From an uncultured Candidatus Binatia bacterium (GTDB lineage: Bacteria; Desulfobacterota; Binatia; UBA9968; CAXXLF01): DNA of 64,000 nt. The stretch spans positions 992,001 to 1,056,000 of the forward strand of contig OZ244621.1 in NCBI GenBank assembly GCA_965218425.1. Direction: 5' to 3'. The position numbers and the translations under genes are program-made. This document shows, piece by piece, positions 20,433 through 29,827 of this stretch. Numbering within the stretch: the stretch's first letter is position 1; each line of letters begins with the position of its first letter. The notes beneath the pieces are model-generated. The model had not been told where the DNA came from and did no database searches. It was given only the letters and a program-made list of their open reading frames with translations.

Positions 20433-20577
20433 CCGCGGGACCCGAATCCTTTTTGCTGCTCGATTAGTCTGGTACCGGTTGAGTGGATTCTGTGGTACCC
20501 CTTATTATTGACACGGAGTTCTGCTGCCATCTACGGCCACTTCGAGGCCGTTGCACCGAGCTTCGGCTCAAAATCCT

Positions 20578-22011
20578 ATGGTCCAAAACAAACGCACACT
20601 TGGCTCTTCCCTGGCCCGCCCATGGGGCTTAGGCCTCTTCCTAGGGCTCCTGGGTTGGTCCGCTCTCGCCATGGCTGATCGCCTTGTGTTGATTTCTCCC
20701 CACTGGGAAGGCATCAAATATGAATTCGAGAGGGCATTCAAGGTTCACTATCAGCGTGAGACTGGACGGACAGTGGAGTTGAACTGGCTGGATGTGGGCG
20801 GCACCTCTGAGACTACTCGTTTTATTCGGTCAGAGTTCAAGAGCAAACCGTCGGGAATCGGTATTGATCTTTTTTTTGGCGGCGGCATTGACCCTTACCT
20901 GACCCTCAAACAGGCTGGCCTCCTGGAGTCCTATGCCTTGCCTCAAGCTCTGCTGAGCCAGATTCCTCCCCGATTAGGCGGCGTTCCCCTCTATGATCCA
21001 GGATTCCAATGGTACGCGGCCACCCTTGCAGGCTTCGGGATCGTTTACAACAAAGCCGTGCTTGAGTTAACCGGGCTACCGGTCATCACTACCTGGAAGG
21101 GATTGTCAGCGCCTTCCGCCTTCACCTGGGTGGGCTCGGCCGATCCGCGCAAAAGCGGCAGCGTCCACATGGCTTACGAGATTATCCTCCAAGCCTATGG
21201 CTGGAAAGAGGGTTGGAAAATTATTACTGGTATCGGGGCCAACGCCCGCAAATTCACCAACTCGGCCAGTCAGGTACCCAAGGATGTGGCCATCGGCGAA
21301 GTTGCCTATGGTTTGGCCATTGATTTCTATGCCTGGGCCCAGGTGGACGAATCGGGGGCCGATAAAATCGGCTATGTCATGCCCGATAACCTGACTAATA
21401 TCAACCCGGATTCCATCGGCATCTTGAAGGGGGCGCCCAACAAAGAGGTGGCCGAGGCCTTCATCCGTTTCGTGTTATCTGAGAGCGGCCAGAAGCTCTG
21501 GATCTTGAACAAAGGACATCCCCACGGACCCCACCGTTTTCAGCTCAATCGTTTCAGCGTCCTCCCTGGGTTGTACGGTAAGATCAAACCGCAGGATACC
21601 TCAGTTCAGTTTAACCCCTTCACCTGGCGATCTGACTTTAGTTTCGACGCCCAGGTGGGTTCCGTACGTTGGGGGATCGTGAACGATTTAATCGGTTCTT
21701 TGATCATCGACCAGAAGTCGTTCCTGGACCAGGCCTGGAGTGCCGCGCTGGCGGATGGTTTTACGGAGTCGGAATGGGAGCGGCTTGCCTCAATGCCGGT
21801 TTCGGAGAGTGAGGCCATGCGGCTGGCACGCGAAAAATGGCGAGACGCCGCTTTTCGTAATCAAACACTTAACGAGTGGGCTCTGTTCGCTCGAAATAAA
21901 TATCGCGCCTATTGGAGGCCGCCACTCATACGTTCGGAGTGGTTAACCCTGTTTAGCAGCCTGGCACTGGTCACCGGTTTGGTTGTTTACCTTTGGAGGA
22001 GGCCGGTGTAG
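20578..22011 (+). CDS. ABC transporter substrate-binding protein (Fe3+/AfuA-like) with a C-terminal TM anchor
   Basis: Signal peptide, DLFFGGG, ADPRKSGS and ILKGAPNKEVAEAFIRF; hydrophobic C-terminus followed by RR. Confidence 0.85.
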   Translation: MVQNKRTLGSSLARPWGLGLFLGLLGWSALAMADRLVLISPHWEGIKYEFERAFKVHYQRETGRTVELNWLDVGGTSETTRFIRSEFKSKPSGIGIDLFFGGGIDPYLTLKQAGLLESYALPQALLSQIPPRLGGVPLYDPGFQWYAATLAGFGIVYNKAVLELTGLPVITTWKGLSAPSAFTWVGSADPRKSGSVHMAYEIILQAYGWKEGWKIITGIGANARKFTNSASQVPKDVAIGEVAYGLAIDFYAWAQVDESGADKIGYVMPDNLTNINPDSIGILKGAPNKEVAEAFIRFVLSESGQKLWILNKGHPHGPHRFQLNRFSVLPGLYGKIKPQDTSVQFNPFTWRSDFSFDAQVGSVRWGIVNDLIGSLIIDQKSFLDQAWSAALADGFTESEWERLASMPVSESEAMRLAREKWRDAAFRNQTLNEWALFARNKYRAYWRPPLIRSEWLTLFSSLALVTGLVVYLWRRPV

Positions 22012-22097
22012 TGCCACGTGAATCCTTTGACCATGGCTAGATCCGCGAACGACAACTGGATTTCAGTGCCCTTAAAGTTCTTCTGAAGGTTGCTCCA

Positions 22098-23201
22098 TTG
22101 GTAAACGTCAAGTTTGACTCCGTCACAAAGGTTCTGGGTCAGGTGAGGGCCGTAAACAGTCTGACCCTGGATATACAGCCCAGGGAGTTCTTCTTCCTAT
22201 TGGGTCCGTCGGGCTGCGGCAAAACCACAGCGCTGCGTCTGGTGGCTGGATTTTATACCCCGGACGAAGGGCGAATTATCTTTGACGGTCGGGACAAGAG
22301 CCGCGTCCCTCCCCATAAACGGAACACCGGCATGGTATTTCAGAATTATGCTCTCTGGCCACATATGGACGTGCAGAAAAACGTCGCCTATGGTCTCAAC
22401 CTTCGCAAGGTATCGGATAGCGAGAAGCAAAAGCGCGTACGCCGAGCCCTGGAAATCGTACGCATGGATCACTACGCGGAGCGTTTGCCCAATCAACTCT
22501 CCGGAGGCGAGCAGCAAAGGGTCGCCCTGGCCCGGGCGTTGGTCATCGAGCCTGACGTGGTTCTGCTCGATGAGCCCCTCTCCAATCTGGATGCCCACCT
22601 GCGCACCGAGATGCGCGCCGAGATCAAGCATATTCATACGCAGATCCAGCGGACCATGATCTATGTCACCCACGACCAGACCGAGGCCCTTTCCATGGCC
22701 GACCGCGTCGCTGTAATGCGAAGTGGGCGGGTGGTACAGGTGGGTCCACCGCGGTCCCTCTATGCCCGTCCGGAATCGTCCTTCGTGGCACGGTTCATCG
22801 GAGGGACCAATCTCCTGGAAGGAAAGGTGGAAGAGGCAGGCGATACCCTGGTGGTCAAAACCCCCGTTGGCATCCTGCGTGCCACATCCAGCCCGGCGAG
22901 TTTATCACGGGGTAACGCGGTCTATTGCTCGGTGCGCCCGGAGTCGCTGCAACTGGTAAATACGGGGTCACAGGCAAACAAGGACCAAGCCGCCGTGGAT
23001 AGTCCAATGAATCAACTGGTGGGCGAAGTAGAGAGCATCACTTACCTGGGTAGCAACGAACAGTACACGCTTCGTCTCGCTGACGGTTCCCCCGTGCAAG
23101 CGGTGCAATACAACTCACATGTCAGAAAAGCCGAGGTGGGAAACCAGGTGACGGTCAGATTCCAACCTGAGGATGTGGTTGTTTTACCGCAGGGGGATTG
23201 A
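22098..23201 (+). CDS. ABC transporter ATP-binding protein (PotA/FbpC-like)
   Basis: GPSGCGKT, LSGGEQQR, LLDEP and a C-terminal TOBE-like region. Confidence 0.95.
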   Translation: MVNVKFDSVTKVLGQVRAVNSLTLDIQPREFFFLLGPSGCGKTTALRLVAGFYTPDEGRIIFDGRDKSRVPPHKRNTGMVFQNYALWPHMDVQKNVAYGLNLRKVSDSEKQKRVRRALEIVRMDHYAERLPNQLSGGEQQRVALARALVIEPDVVLLDEPLSNLDAHLRTEMRAEIKHIHTQIQRTMIYVTHDQTEALSMADRVAVMRSGRVVQVGPPRSLYARPESSFVARFIGGTNLLEGKVEEAGDTLVVKTPVGILRATSSPASLSRGNAVYCSVRPESLQLVNTGSQANKDQAAVDSPMNQLVGEVESITYLGSNEQYTLRLADGSPVQAVQYNSHVRKAEVGNQVTVRFQPEDVVVLPQGD

Positions 23202-23202
23202 G

Positions 23203-24897
23203 GTGACTCAGTGGTTGCGGCGTTATGACCTGACTCCTGCCAATGGGATGGTTCTGATCCTGCTGGCGCTCTTCTTCTTCACCTTCCTGTTGTATCCCCT
23301 CTCCTACGTCTTCTCCAATGCCTTTTTCACGGGTGAAGGTTTTTCGCTCGTCTTCTTCCGGCTCATGCTGATTAACCCCAACTATCGCGAGGTCCTGGTC
23401 AACAGCGTTAATATAGGGCTGGCGGTGACATTGCTGACGACATTGGTCAGCTTACCCCTGGCCCTCCTCTTGGTCCGTTATAACTTCCCCGGTAAGGGAC
23501 TACTGACCGGGTTGATCTTGATACCCATGGTGCTGCCCCCGTTTGTGGGGGCCATCGGCATGCGCCATTTAATGGCCCGCTTCGGATCCATTAACCTGCT
23601 CCTTCTGGAACTGGGTGTCATTGACAAGCCCATCGACTGGCTCGGTGGCGGCTTTTGGAGCGTCGTCATCTTACAGGTGCTCCACCTCTATCCCATCATG
23701 TACCTCAACGTGGCGGCGGCCCTGGCCAATGTGGATCCAAGCCTCGAGGAAGCCGCAAGCAACATGGGTGCTAGCGGGTTCAAGCTGTTTAGGACGGTGA
23801 CCTTTCCTTTGATGTTGCCGGGCTATTTCGCCGGGGCCATCATCGTGTTTATCTGGGCCTTCACCGACCTTGGGACCCCTTTGGTCTTTGAATACCGGGA
23901 GGTCGTCGCGGTTCAGATCTTCAACATGGTGACCGATCTACATCAAAACCCCATGGGCTACGTCTTTGTCACCGCGGTGATAGGCCTGACCCTTTTCTTC
24001 TTTTACGTGACCAAGCGCTTAATCGGCACAAAGCGCACCGAGATGATGGCGCGAGGCCACGTAGCTTCCGCCGTTCGACCCGCATCATTCTGGGTCACCG
24101 TGCTGATTTACGGATTTGTGCTGGGGATTTCGGCCGTTGCCATGCTTCCCCACCTGGGAGTACTCCTTACTTCCATCACTGACCGTTGGTTTTTGAGCGT
24201 ACTACCAACCGAAGTTACCTTGAGGTTTTATGGCGACGTCTTCGCCCACGATCTGACGGTGCTAAGTATTAGAAACAGTCTCCTTCTCAGCAGTCTCAGT
24301 ACCGTTGTGGACATCATTTTAGGAGTTGGCATCGCATACCTGCTCACCCGAAAGCGGATCCCCGGAAAGGACGTGCTGGATAGCCTGGCCATGCTTCCCT
24401 TGGCCCTTCCCGGGTTAGTCATAGCCTTTGGATACGTTGCAGCATTCTCGGGCACAATGTTGGACGCTCGTGTGAATCCGATTCCCCTCCTCGTCATCGC
24501 CTATTCCGTCCGTCGACTTCCCTTCATGGTCAGGGCCGCCTACGCGGGATTTCAGCAGACCAACGTAGTCCTTGAGGAAGCGGCCATGAACCTCGGCGCC
24601 AGTCCCCTCAGGACCCTTTATCAGATCACCTTCCCGCTGGTGTTTGCCAACCTCATCGCTGGCGCCATCCTGTGCTTCTCCTTCGCTATGCTGGAGGTGA
24701 GCGACAGCCTGATCCTGGCCCTGCAAGAACAGCATTACCCCATCACCAAGGCCATATACGCCTTATTAAGACGGATCGCCGACGGCCCCTATATCGCCAG
24801 TGCCATGGGCATGCTGGGACTGTTCCTGCTGGCCGGCAGTCTCGTGGTGGCGGGCAGGTTTCTCGGCCGCCGGATGGGAGAGCTTTTTAGAGTCTAA
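23203..24897 (+). CDS. Iron ABC transporter permease (duplicated TM domain)
   Basis: Two EAAxxxGA loops (LEEAASNMGAS, LEEAAMNLGAS). Confidence 0.93.
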   Translation: MTQWLRRYDLTPANGMVLILLALFFFTFLLYPLSYVFSNAFFTGEGFSLVFFRLMLINPNYREVLVNSVNIGLAVTLLTTLVSLPLALLLVRYNFPGKGLLTGLILIPMVLPPFVGAIGMRHLMARFGSINLLLLELGVIDKPIDWLGGGFWSVVILQVLHLYPIMYLNVAAALANVDPSLEEAASNMGASGFKLFRTVTFPLMLPGYFAGAIIVFIWAFTDLGTPLVFEYREVVAVQIFNMVTDLHQNPMGYVFVTAVIGLTLFFFYVTKRLIGTKRTEMMARGHVASAVRPASFWVTVLIYGFVLGISAVAMLPHLGVLLTSITDRWFLSVLPTEVTLRFYGDVFAHDLTVLSIRNSLLLSSLSTVVDIILGVGIAYLLTRKRIPGKDVLDSLAMLPLALPGLVIAFGYVAAFSGTMLDARVNPIPLLVIAYSVRRLPFMVRAAYAGFQQTNVVLEEAAMNLGASPLRTLYQITFPLVFANLIAGAILCFSFAMLEVSDSLILALQEQHYPITKAIYALLRRIADGPYIASAMGMLGLFLLAGSLVVAGRFLGRRMGELFRV

Positions 24898-24971
24898 GCC
24901 TCCGCCAACGATTGGGGGCAATGAGCACCTTCCGTTGTTTCAGTGGCATGTGCTAAGTAGAATAAGACGGC

Positions 24972-25198
24972 AAACTCGAAATCCGAAATTCGAAACAAAT
25001 CCAAATGATTAAAAACATAAATTTCCGAAAATTCCGAACAATTTCGAACGGCAATATGGCAAACCGCCAAAACTAAAGGGTTGAACAGTTTAGGATTTTG
25101 GTAATTTGAATTTCGGCATTGTTTCGAATCTCGAAATTGGGATTTCGGATTTGCATCGTGGTTTGTTTAGGATTTCGTGCTTCGGATTTAGGATTTTA
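24972..25198. repeat. AT-rich heptamer-based palindromic element, copy A
   Basis: AAACTCGAAATCCGAAATTCGAAAC...GTTTCGAATCTCGAAATTGGGATTTCGGATTT; inverted homolog at 45193-45365. Confidence 0.8.
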
Positions 25199-25254
25199 CC
25201 TTCGGGGACGTTTCGACCGTCGCAGGTTTATAAGGTCATAAGGAGGACTCCTTT

Positions 25255-25998
25255 ATGTTTAAACTCGATCGTAAACTGAGTGCTGACGAGTTCATCCAGA
25301 CATTTCAGGACATCAATAAAAAGGACCACCACAGACCCCTTCACCCATGGGAAGAGCTTTTCAGAGAGGGAAAGTGCACCAAAGAGCAGCTCCAGGGTTG
25401 GGCAAAAGATAGGTTTTATTTTGTCCGGCAGGTGCCGGCCAAGGAATACAGCATCTTGTACAATTGTCCCTATCCCGAGGTGCGTAGACAATGGCTGCCC
25501 AAGGCCATCGAAGAGGAGGGAGAGGACCTCATCGGCAAGGAACACCTCCCTCACCCCGCATACTGGCTATGGCTTTGTGAGGCCCTGGGATTGAGCGAGG
25601 AGTTCGTCCGCGACTCCGACCCCCTGGCCGGGGTAAAGTTTGCGGTGGACGCCTTCTGCCAGATCGCGTTCAAGTCCTGGATTCTTGGTGTGGCCGTTTC
25701 GGAAGGACAGGATACGGCCAAGGCCATGACCAGAGACCTCGAAATATTCCGAAAACATTACAAATGGGTCTCTGACGATGCCCTGGAATTCTACAAGCTC
25801 CACTCCGAGGTTGATATGGACCACGGCAATCTCCGTTTGGAGATATTGGCCAAATACACTACCACAAGAGAGATGCAGGAAGACTGCATCAACGCGCAAC
25901 TCATAAAAAACGATATGAGGCGTGTAATGACCGATGCAATTCATATGGCCTACGTCGTCAAGGGGTTGACGTGTTACACCAAGGAGCCCTGGGAATAG
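25255..25998 (+). CDS. PqqC/TenA/CADD-like heme-oxygenase-fold redox enzyme
   Basis: HPW...G..TKEQLQGWAKDRFY, EEEG...PH...W and FYKLHSEVDMDH; AGGAGG RBS. Confidence 0.82.
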   Translation: MFKLDRKLSADEFIQTFQDINKKDHHRPLHPWEELFREGKCTKEQLQGWAKDRFYFVRQVPAKEYSILYNCPYPEVRRQWLPKAIEEEGEDLIGKEHLPHPAYWLWLCEALGLSEEFVRDSDPLAGVKFAVDAFCQIAFKSWILGVAVSEGQDTAKAMTRDLEIFRKHYKWVSDDALEFYKLHSEVDMDHGNLRLEILAKYTTTREMQEDCINAQLIKNDMRRVMTDAIHMAYVVKGLTCYTKEPWE

Positions 25999-26384
25999 GG
26001 GCATCACCGATCCTCGGCGCATCTAATCGGCAGGGGCCTTTCCTCTAGGTCTCACTCGTTGTTAAAAACGTCCTCGCCGTCCAGCGCAGCGTCCCGACCC
26101 CTCATGATATTTCTTCCTGCCGGGGCGGGGAACGCGATGGACGCATGGCCGATCAGGATCATGAGAAAGAACAAGGTACAAACGATTGATCTAATTGACT
26201 GACTTCTGATATTTAGCCTCTCTTAGATTTCGCGACCTTGATACAAGAGGACTTGCTCTTCCACAACTGGTAAAATTACCAGATTTTAAGGGAAAATTTA
26301 CTGGCTCTGTTAGAGAGATTCGCCCCTTGCTCAAGCCAGGCTCTTTAGGCTATGAGAAGAGAAAAAGCCCAAGGAGAGAAGCTT

Positions 26385-27491
26385 ATGGCGCTAAGCGTTG
26401 TTGATGCTGATACCCACATCGCTGAGTCCGAAAGCATGTGGAAACATCTCGATAAGGAATGGTATCACCGCAGGCCCGTGATCGTGTCGATCCCGGATGA
26501 AACGTTATACCAAGAGCAAACCGCTGTGTGGTTAATCGATGGCAACATCTTTCCAAGGCCCGCAGGAAAAGGCGGCAGCCTCCTGATCACCCCATCGTCT
26601 TCCAAGCGGCAGGCTATGAGGAGAGATATCACCGTGGCCAGTCGGGAACTGACCGACACCACGGGGCGTCTCGCGGATATGGATCGGCTGAGTATCGGTA
26701 CTCAGGTGGTCTATCCGACCCTCTTCCTGATTCACCTGACGGATGACGTGGGCTTAGAGATAGCCTTGTGCCGCGCCTACAATCGATTTATGGCCGAGGC
26801 CTGCTCCAACGGCCACAACCGGCTTCGGTGGATAGCGATACCTCCCTTAAGATCCGTGGAAGAGTCCATTAAAGAGATGCGATGGGCCAAGGAGCACGGA
26901 GCGGTGGGGTTATTCTTTCGCGGCATCGAAAAAGATCTCAATATCGACGATTCGTATTTCTTCCCTGTATATGAGGAGGCAGCGAGGCTCGATCTCGCCA
27001 TCTGCATTCATCAGGGAATGGGCGCGCCTACTATCACCCAACTTTTTGACATTCAACAACACAGCACGTTCCCACAATCCAGGCTGCTTCCCTTGATTGC
27101 CTTTAGAAACATCGTGGCTAATAAAATACCTGAGCGTTTTCCTGGTCTCAGGTTCGGATTTATAGAGGCCTGTGCGGGATGGATTCCCTTTCTCCTCCAT
27201 CATCTCAGACGATCGCTGCGCCAGCGGTGGAAATTTTCTTCCAGTGTAGATCTCTTCCGCGAATATCGGCTCTATGTGGCCTGCGAAGCGGATGAGGACA
27301 TCCCCTACCTGATCCAATACACGGGCGAGGACAACCTGATTATCGGCTCCGACTACGGACACCCCGATGCCTCGGAGGAACCCGAACTAGTAACCGTGAT
27401 GAGAGCTCGCAAAGACATCCCCAGTGAGGTCAATGAAAAGATCCTGTCTGAAAACGCACGGAAGTTCTACTCACTGGATCAGCCCTTGTGA
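26385..27491 (+). CDS. Amidohydrolase_2 family protein (paralog of 39895-40986)
   Basis: VDADTH, ICIHQG, IEACAGW and GSDYGH motifs. Confidence 0.92.
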   Translation: MALSVVDADTHIAESESMWKHLDKEWYHRRPVIVSIPDETLYQEQTAVWLIDGNIFPRPAGKGGSLLITPSSSKRQAMRRDITVASRELTDTTGRLADMDRLSIGTQVVYPTLFLIHLTDDVGLEIALCRAYNRFMAEACSNGHNRLRWIAIPPLRSVEESIKEMRWAKEHGAVGLFFRGIEKDLNIDDSYFFPVYEEAARLDLAICIHQGMGAPTITQLFDIQQHSTFPQSRLLPLIAFRNIVANKIPERFPGLRFGFIEACAGWIPFLLHHLRRSLRQRWKFSSSVDLFREYRLYVACEADEDIPYLIQYTGEDNLIIGSDYGHPDASEEPELVTVMRARKDIPSEVNEKILSENARKFYSLDQPL

Positions 27492-27517
27492 CGGATGGGT
27501 GATCCAACACCCCGCTA

Positions 27518-28876
27518 TTAGTGGGAATCGGCGTTTCCGGCTGCCGGTAGTACGCCTACAGCGTCTTGGGGAACCTCCCCCTCTGGCCCGGCCGACAGTA
27601 TAGGCATCTCTGAGAAGGCCTTTCGGTAATCCTCCGTGAGCTTTACCCAATCCGCTTCATTGGGTAGGATCACCGACCCGGAGCGTACCCGAAACACCTC
27701 CGGGTTATCAACTCCCGGAGGTGTGGTCCCGTGGTCGCGCAACGCCTTGGCAGCATTGATAAGGCGGCGTCGCGCGTTGATGATGGCCGTGTCGGTTGTC
27801 CCCAGGTGCTCCTTGGTGCGATCCGATATCGCACCCATGCTGCAGGTCATGGCCTGGTCTTGCAATGCAATGGTAGGGACCCCCGAAAAACGTTTCGTCC
27901 TTTGTGCCTCATAGTCGATGAGGTAATCGTTGCTGGCGTTGGCCTTCATCCGCCAGGCACCCGCAGCTTCGGCGCTTGGTGGCAGGTACTCTCCCGGGCC
28001 GGAGAAGCCGCCACCGCGGCCCCCGTCATCGTCCGCGAGGGGCCGGGAAGGGTGCCATCTCACACTCCAAACGAGGGTAGTGACGTCATCCATGGGTATC
28101 CAGACATGAGACGGTACGGCAGCGCGGCCACTGGGCGGGAACATGGGAAAGATGGGCATGACAAACTGACTGATACGCCAGTATTCGTGGCTACCGTCCA
28201 CCCGGCTCTTGGCTCCAATGAGAAGACCGTATTCGGCGTCCAGCACCTCGAACCGAGGTGTCTTTTCCTTGTAGTAATGACCAAAGTCCCTATGGCTCTC
28301 CTGGGGATTTATCCGGCTGTGGAGGAATCGTGTATGGGACGTATCGATGTCCCCTTCCAGAGCTTGCATCCAGTTACATTCCCGGACAAAGGGCGTAATC
28401 TGGCGATGGGATTCCGGCACCATGGCCCACTCCAGCCCCGGGAAGCCTGGTGGCTCTTTGCGCGGGCCCATATAGGTCCAGATGATCCCGTTTTGCTCCT
28501 TGCAGGGATACGACACATGCTTGATCTTGTCCTTGAAGTTACTCTCGGGCGGCTCGTTGGGTATATCCACGCATCGTCCGTCGACGCCAAACTTCCAGCC
28601 ATGATAGACGCAACGAAGCCCACCCTCCTCATTGCGCCCGAAAAATAGGGAAGCGCCCCGATGGGGGCAGTTTTCAGCCAGTAGCCCAACCTTGCCAGAG
28701 GTGTCACGGATACCAATGAGGTCCTCCCCTAGGAGCCTGACACGAATGGGGTTACAGTCCGGCTTGGGCAATTCCGACGACAAGAGTATGGGGAGCCAGT
28801 ATTGCCGCATGAGCTCCCCCATGGGCGTGCCGGGGCTTACCCTTGAAAGAAGTTCGTTGTCCTCTCTTGAAAGCAT
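27518..28876 (-). CDS. Rieske non-heme iron oxygenase (phthalate 4,5-dioxygenase-like)
   Basis: Rieske CPHRG...CVYHGW; EGDIDTSHTRFLH; QD; EHLGTTD. Confidence 0.92.
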   Translation of the reverse strand: MLSREDNELLSRVSPGTPMGELMRQYWLPILLSSELPKPDCNPIRVRLLGEDLIGIRDTSGKVGLLAENCPHRGASLFFGRNEEGGLRCVYHGWKFGVDGRCVDIPNEPPESNFKDKIKHVSYPCKEQNGIIWTYMGPRKEPPGFPGLEWAMVPESHRQITPFVRECNWMQALEGDIDTSHTRFLHSRINPQESHRDFGHYYKEKTPRFEVLDAEYGLLIGAKSRVDGSHEYWRISQFVMPIFPMFPPSGRAAVPSHVWIPMDDVTTLVWSVRWHPSRPLADDDGGRGGGFSGPGEYLPPSAEAAGAWRMKANASNDYLIDYEAQRTKRFSGVPTIALQDQAMTCSMGAISDRTKEHLGTTDTAIINARRRLINAAKALRDHGTTPPGVDNPEVFRVRSGSVILPNEADWVKLTEDYRKAFSEMPILSAGPEGEVPQDAVGVLPAAGNADSH

Positions 28877-28953
28877 AACGCATCCTCCTCTCTCTATCTC
28901 TTCATTACCCTGCCAGTTAGCTCTCGCTGTTCGCAATTCACCGGGTCGGAGAG

Positions 28954-29395
28954 TCATTGCTCCTGAATGTGACGGAGATAAAAAGCCAACCCCCGTATAC
29001 TTCCTGCCACTGGTGAGCGCGCATCCACACCTTGATCGCCTAGTTCATTGTGAAAATGATCCCCCCCGGACGGGCATCTCCTGAGGCCCATGGTCTTGAA
29101 TCCGCTCACCATCGTCGATGATTCCATGGACACGCCAGAATGGAAATGTAGCATCGTTTCTCTTTGACAACTCTGTTAGGTCTGCGGGCTTGACCGTCAG
29201 AACTTTAGCCACGGGATCGTCCCTTTCTCCTGCAGCCCCACGGCGGGAGGTACAACTCCGTTGATACTCAATTCCCCCACCGGCAATTACCGCATCCTTT
29301 TGCCCTCAAGTCACGACGAGAGTATATACAACGACAGCAACCATCAGTCCAAAACCAGTGACGAGAAGTTTCATAAGCCAAACCGTAGCCTTCAT
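28954..29395 (-). pseudogene. Degenerate monoheme cytochrome c
   Basis: MKATVW...VVT*GQKDAVIAGGGIEYQRSCTSRRG (eroded CxxCH)...VKPADLTELSKRN...FPFWRV...HGPQEMPV, then a frameshift to ...LAFYLRHIQEQ*. Confidence 0.75.
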
Positions 29396-29704
29396 TTCTT
29401 CCCTATCCATCCTGCGCGGGTCGAGCCTATTTAACACTGGCCAGATCATGTTGCAATTCTACCTGCAGCCTCCAGCCATATCAATCCGTTCGAGCATCCT
29501 ACCTAATCCGGGTTCGTTGGGGTAGAGACGGGTGAAAGGTTACAAGAGACTAAGAGACACAAGCCACAGAGTTACGCAGAATTTCGCAGATTAAGATCCA
29601 GCGGTTCGCCCATTTGGTCGAGGGCTTCGCCGCTTCCGGCGAGATTTCCTTAACCCGTCCGAAACAATTCCTTGAAAACCAGCCATTTTCACCAGGAATA
29701 AACT

Positions 29705-29720
29705 TGGCACGGTGGATGCT
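29705..29720 (+). promoter_or_regulatory. Sigma54 (-24/-12) promoter upstream of the DegQ gene
   Basis: TGGCACGGTGGATGCT has canonical GG-N10-GC spacing. Confidence 0.65.
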
Positions 29721-29827
29721 CTAAGGGATTCTCAATCGAATCAACAAACCGGCGGGTGAGCAAAGAGGTTCCCCGGGGGCTACCCGCCACAAAGTTGGTT
29801 TTCCAAGAAAAAAGGAGGAGGAAAAAG

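Noticed and set aside
24972..25198. Possible CRISPR array in the periodic AT-rich stretches
   Set aside because: The units are ~7-bp degenerate tandem repeats with no unique spacers, and there are no cas genes.
29306..29312. In-frame TGA in the cytochrome c-like ORF as possible selenocysteine
   Set aside because: It lies at the end of the signal peptide, not in a redox motif, and the gene has other lesions (lost CxxCH, frameshift).
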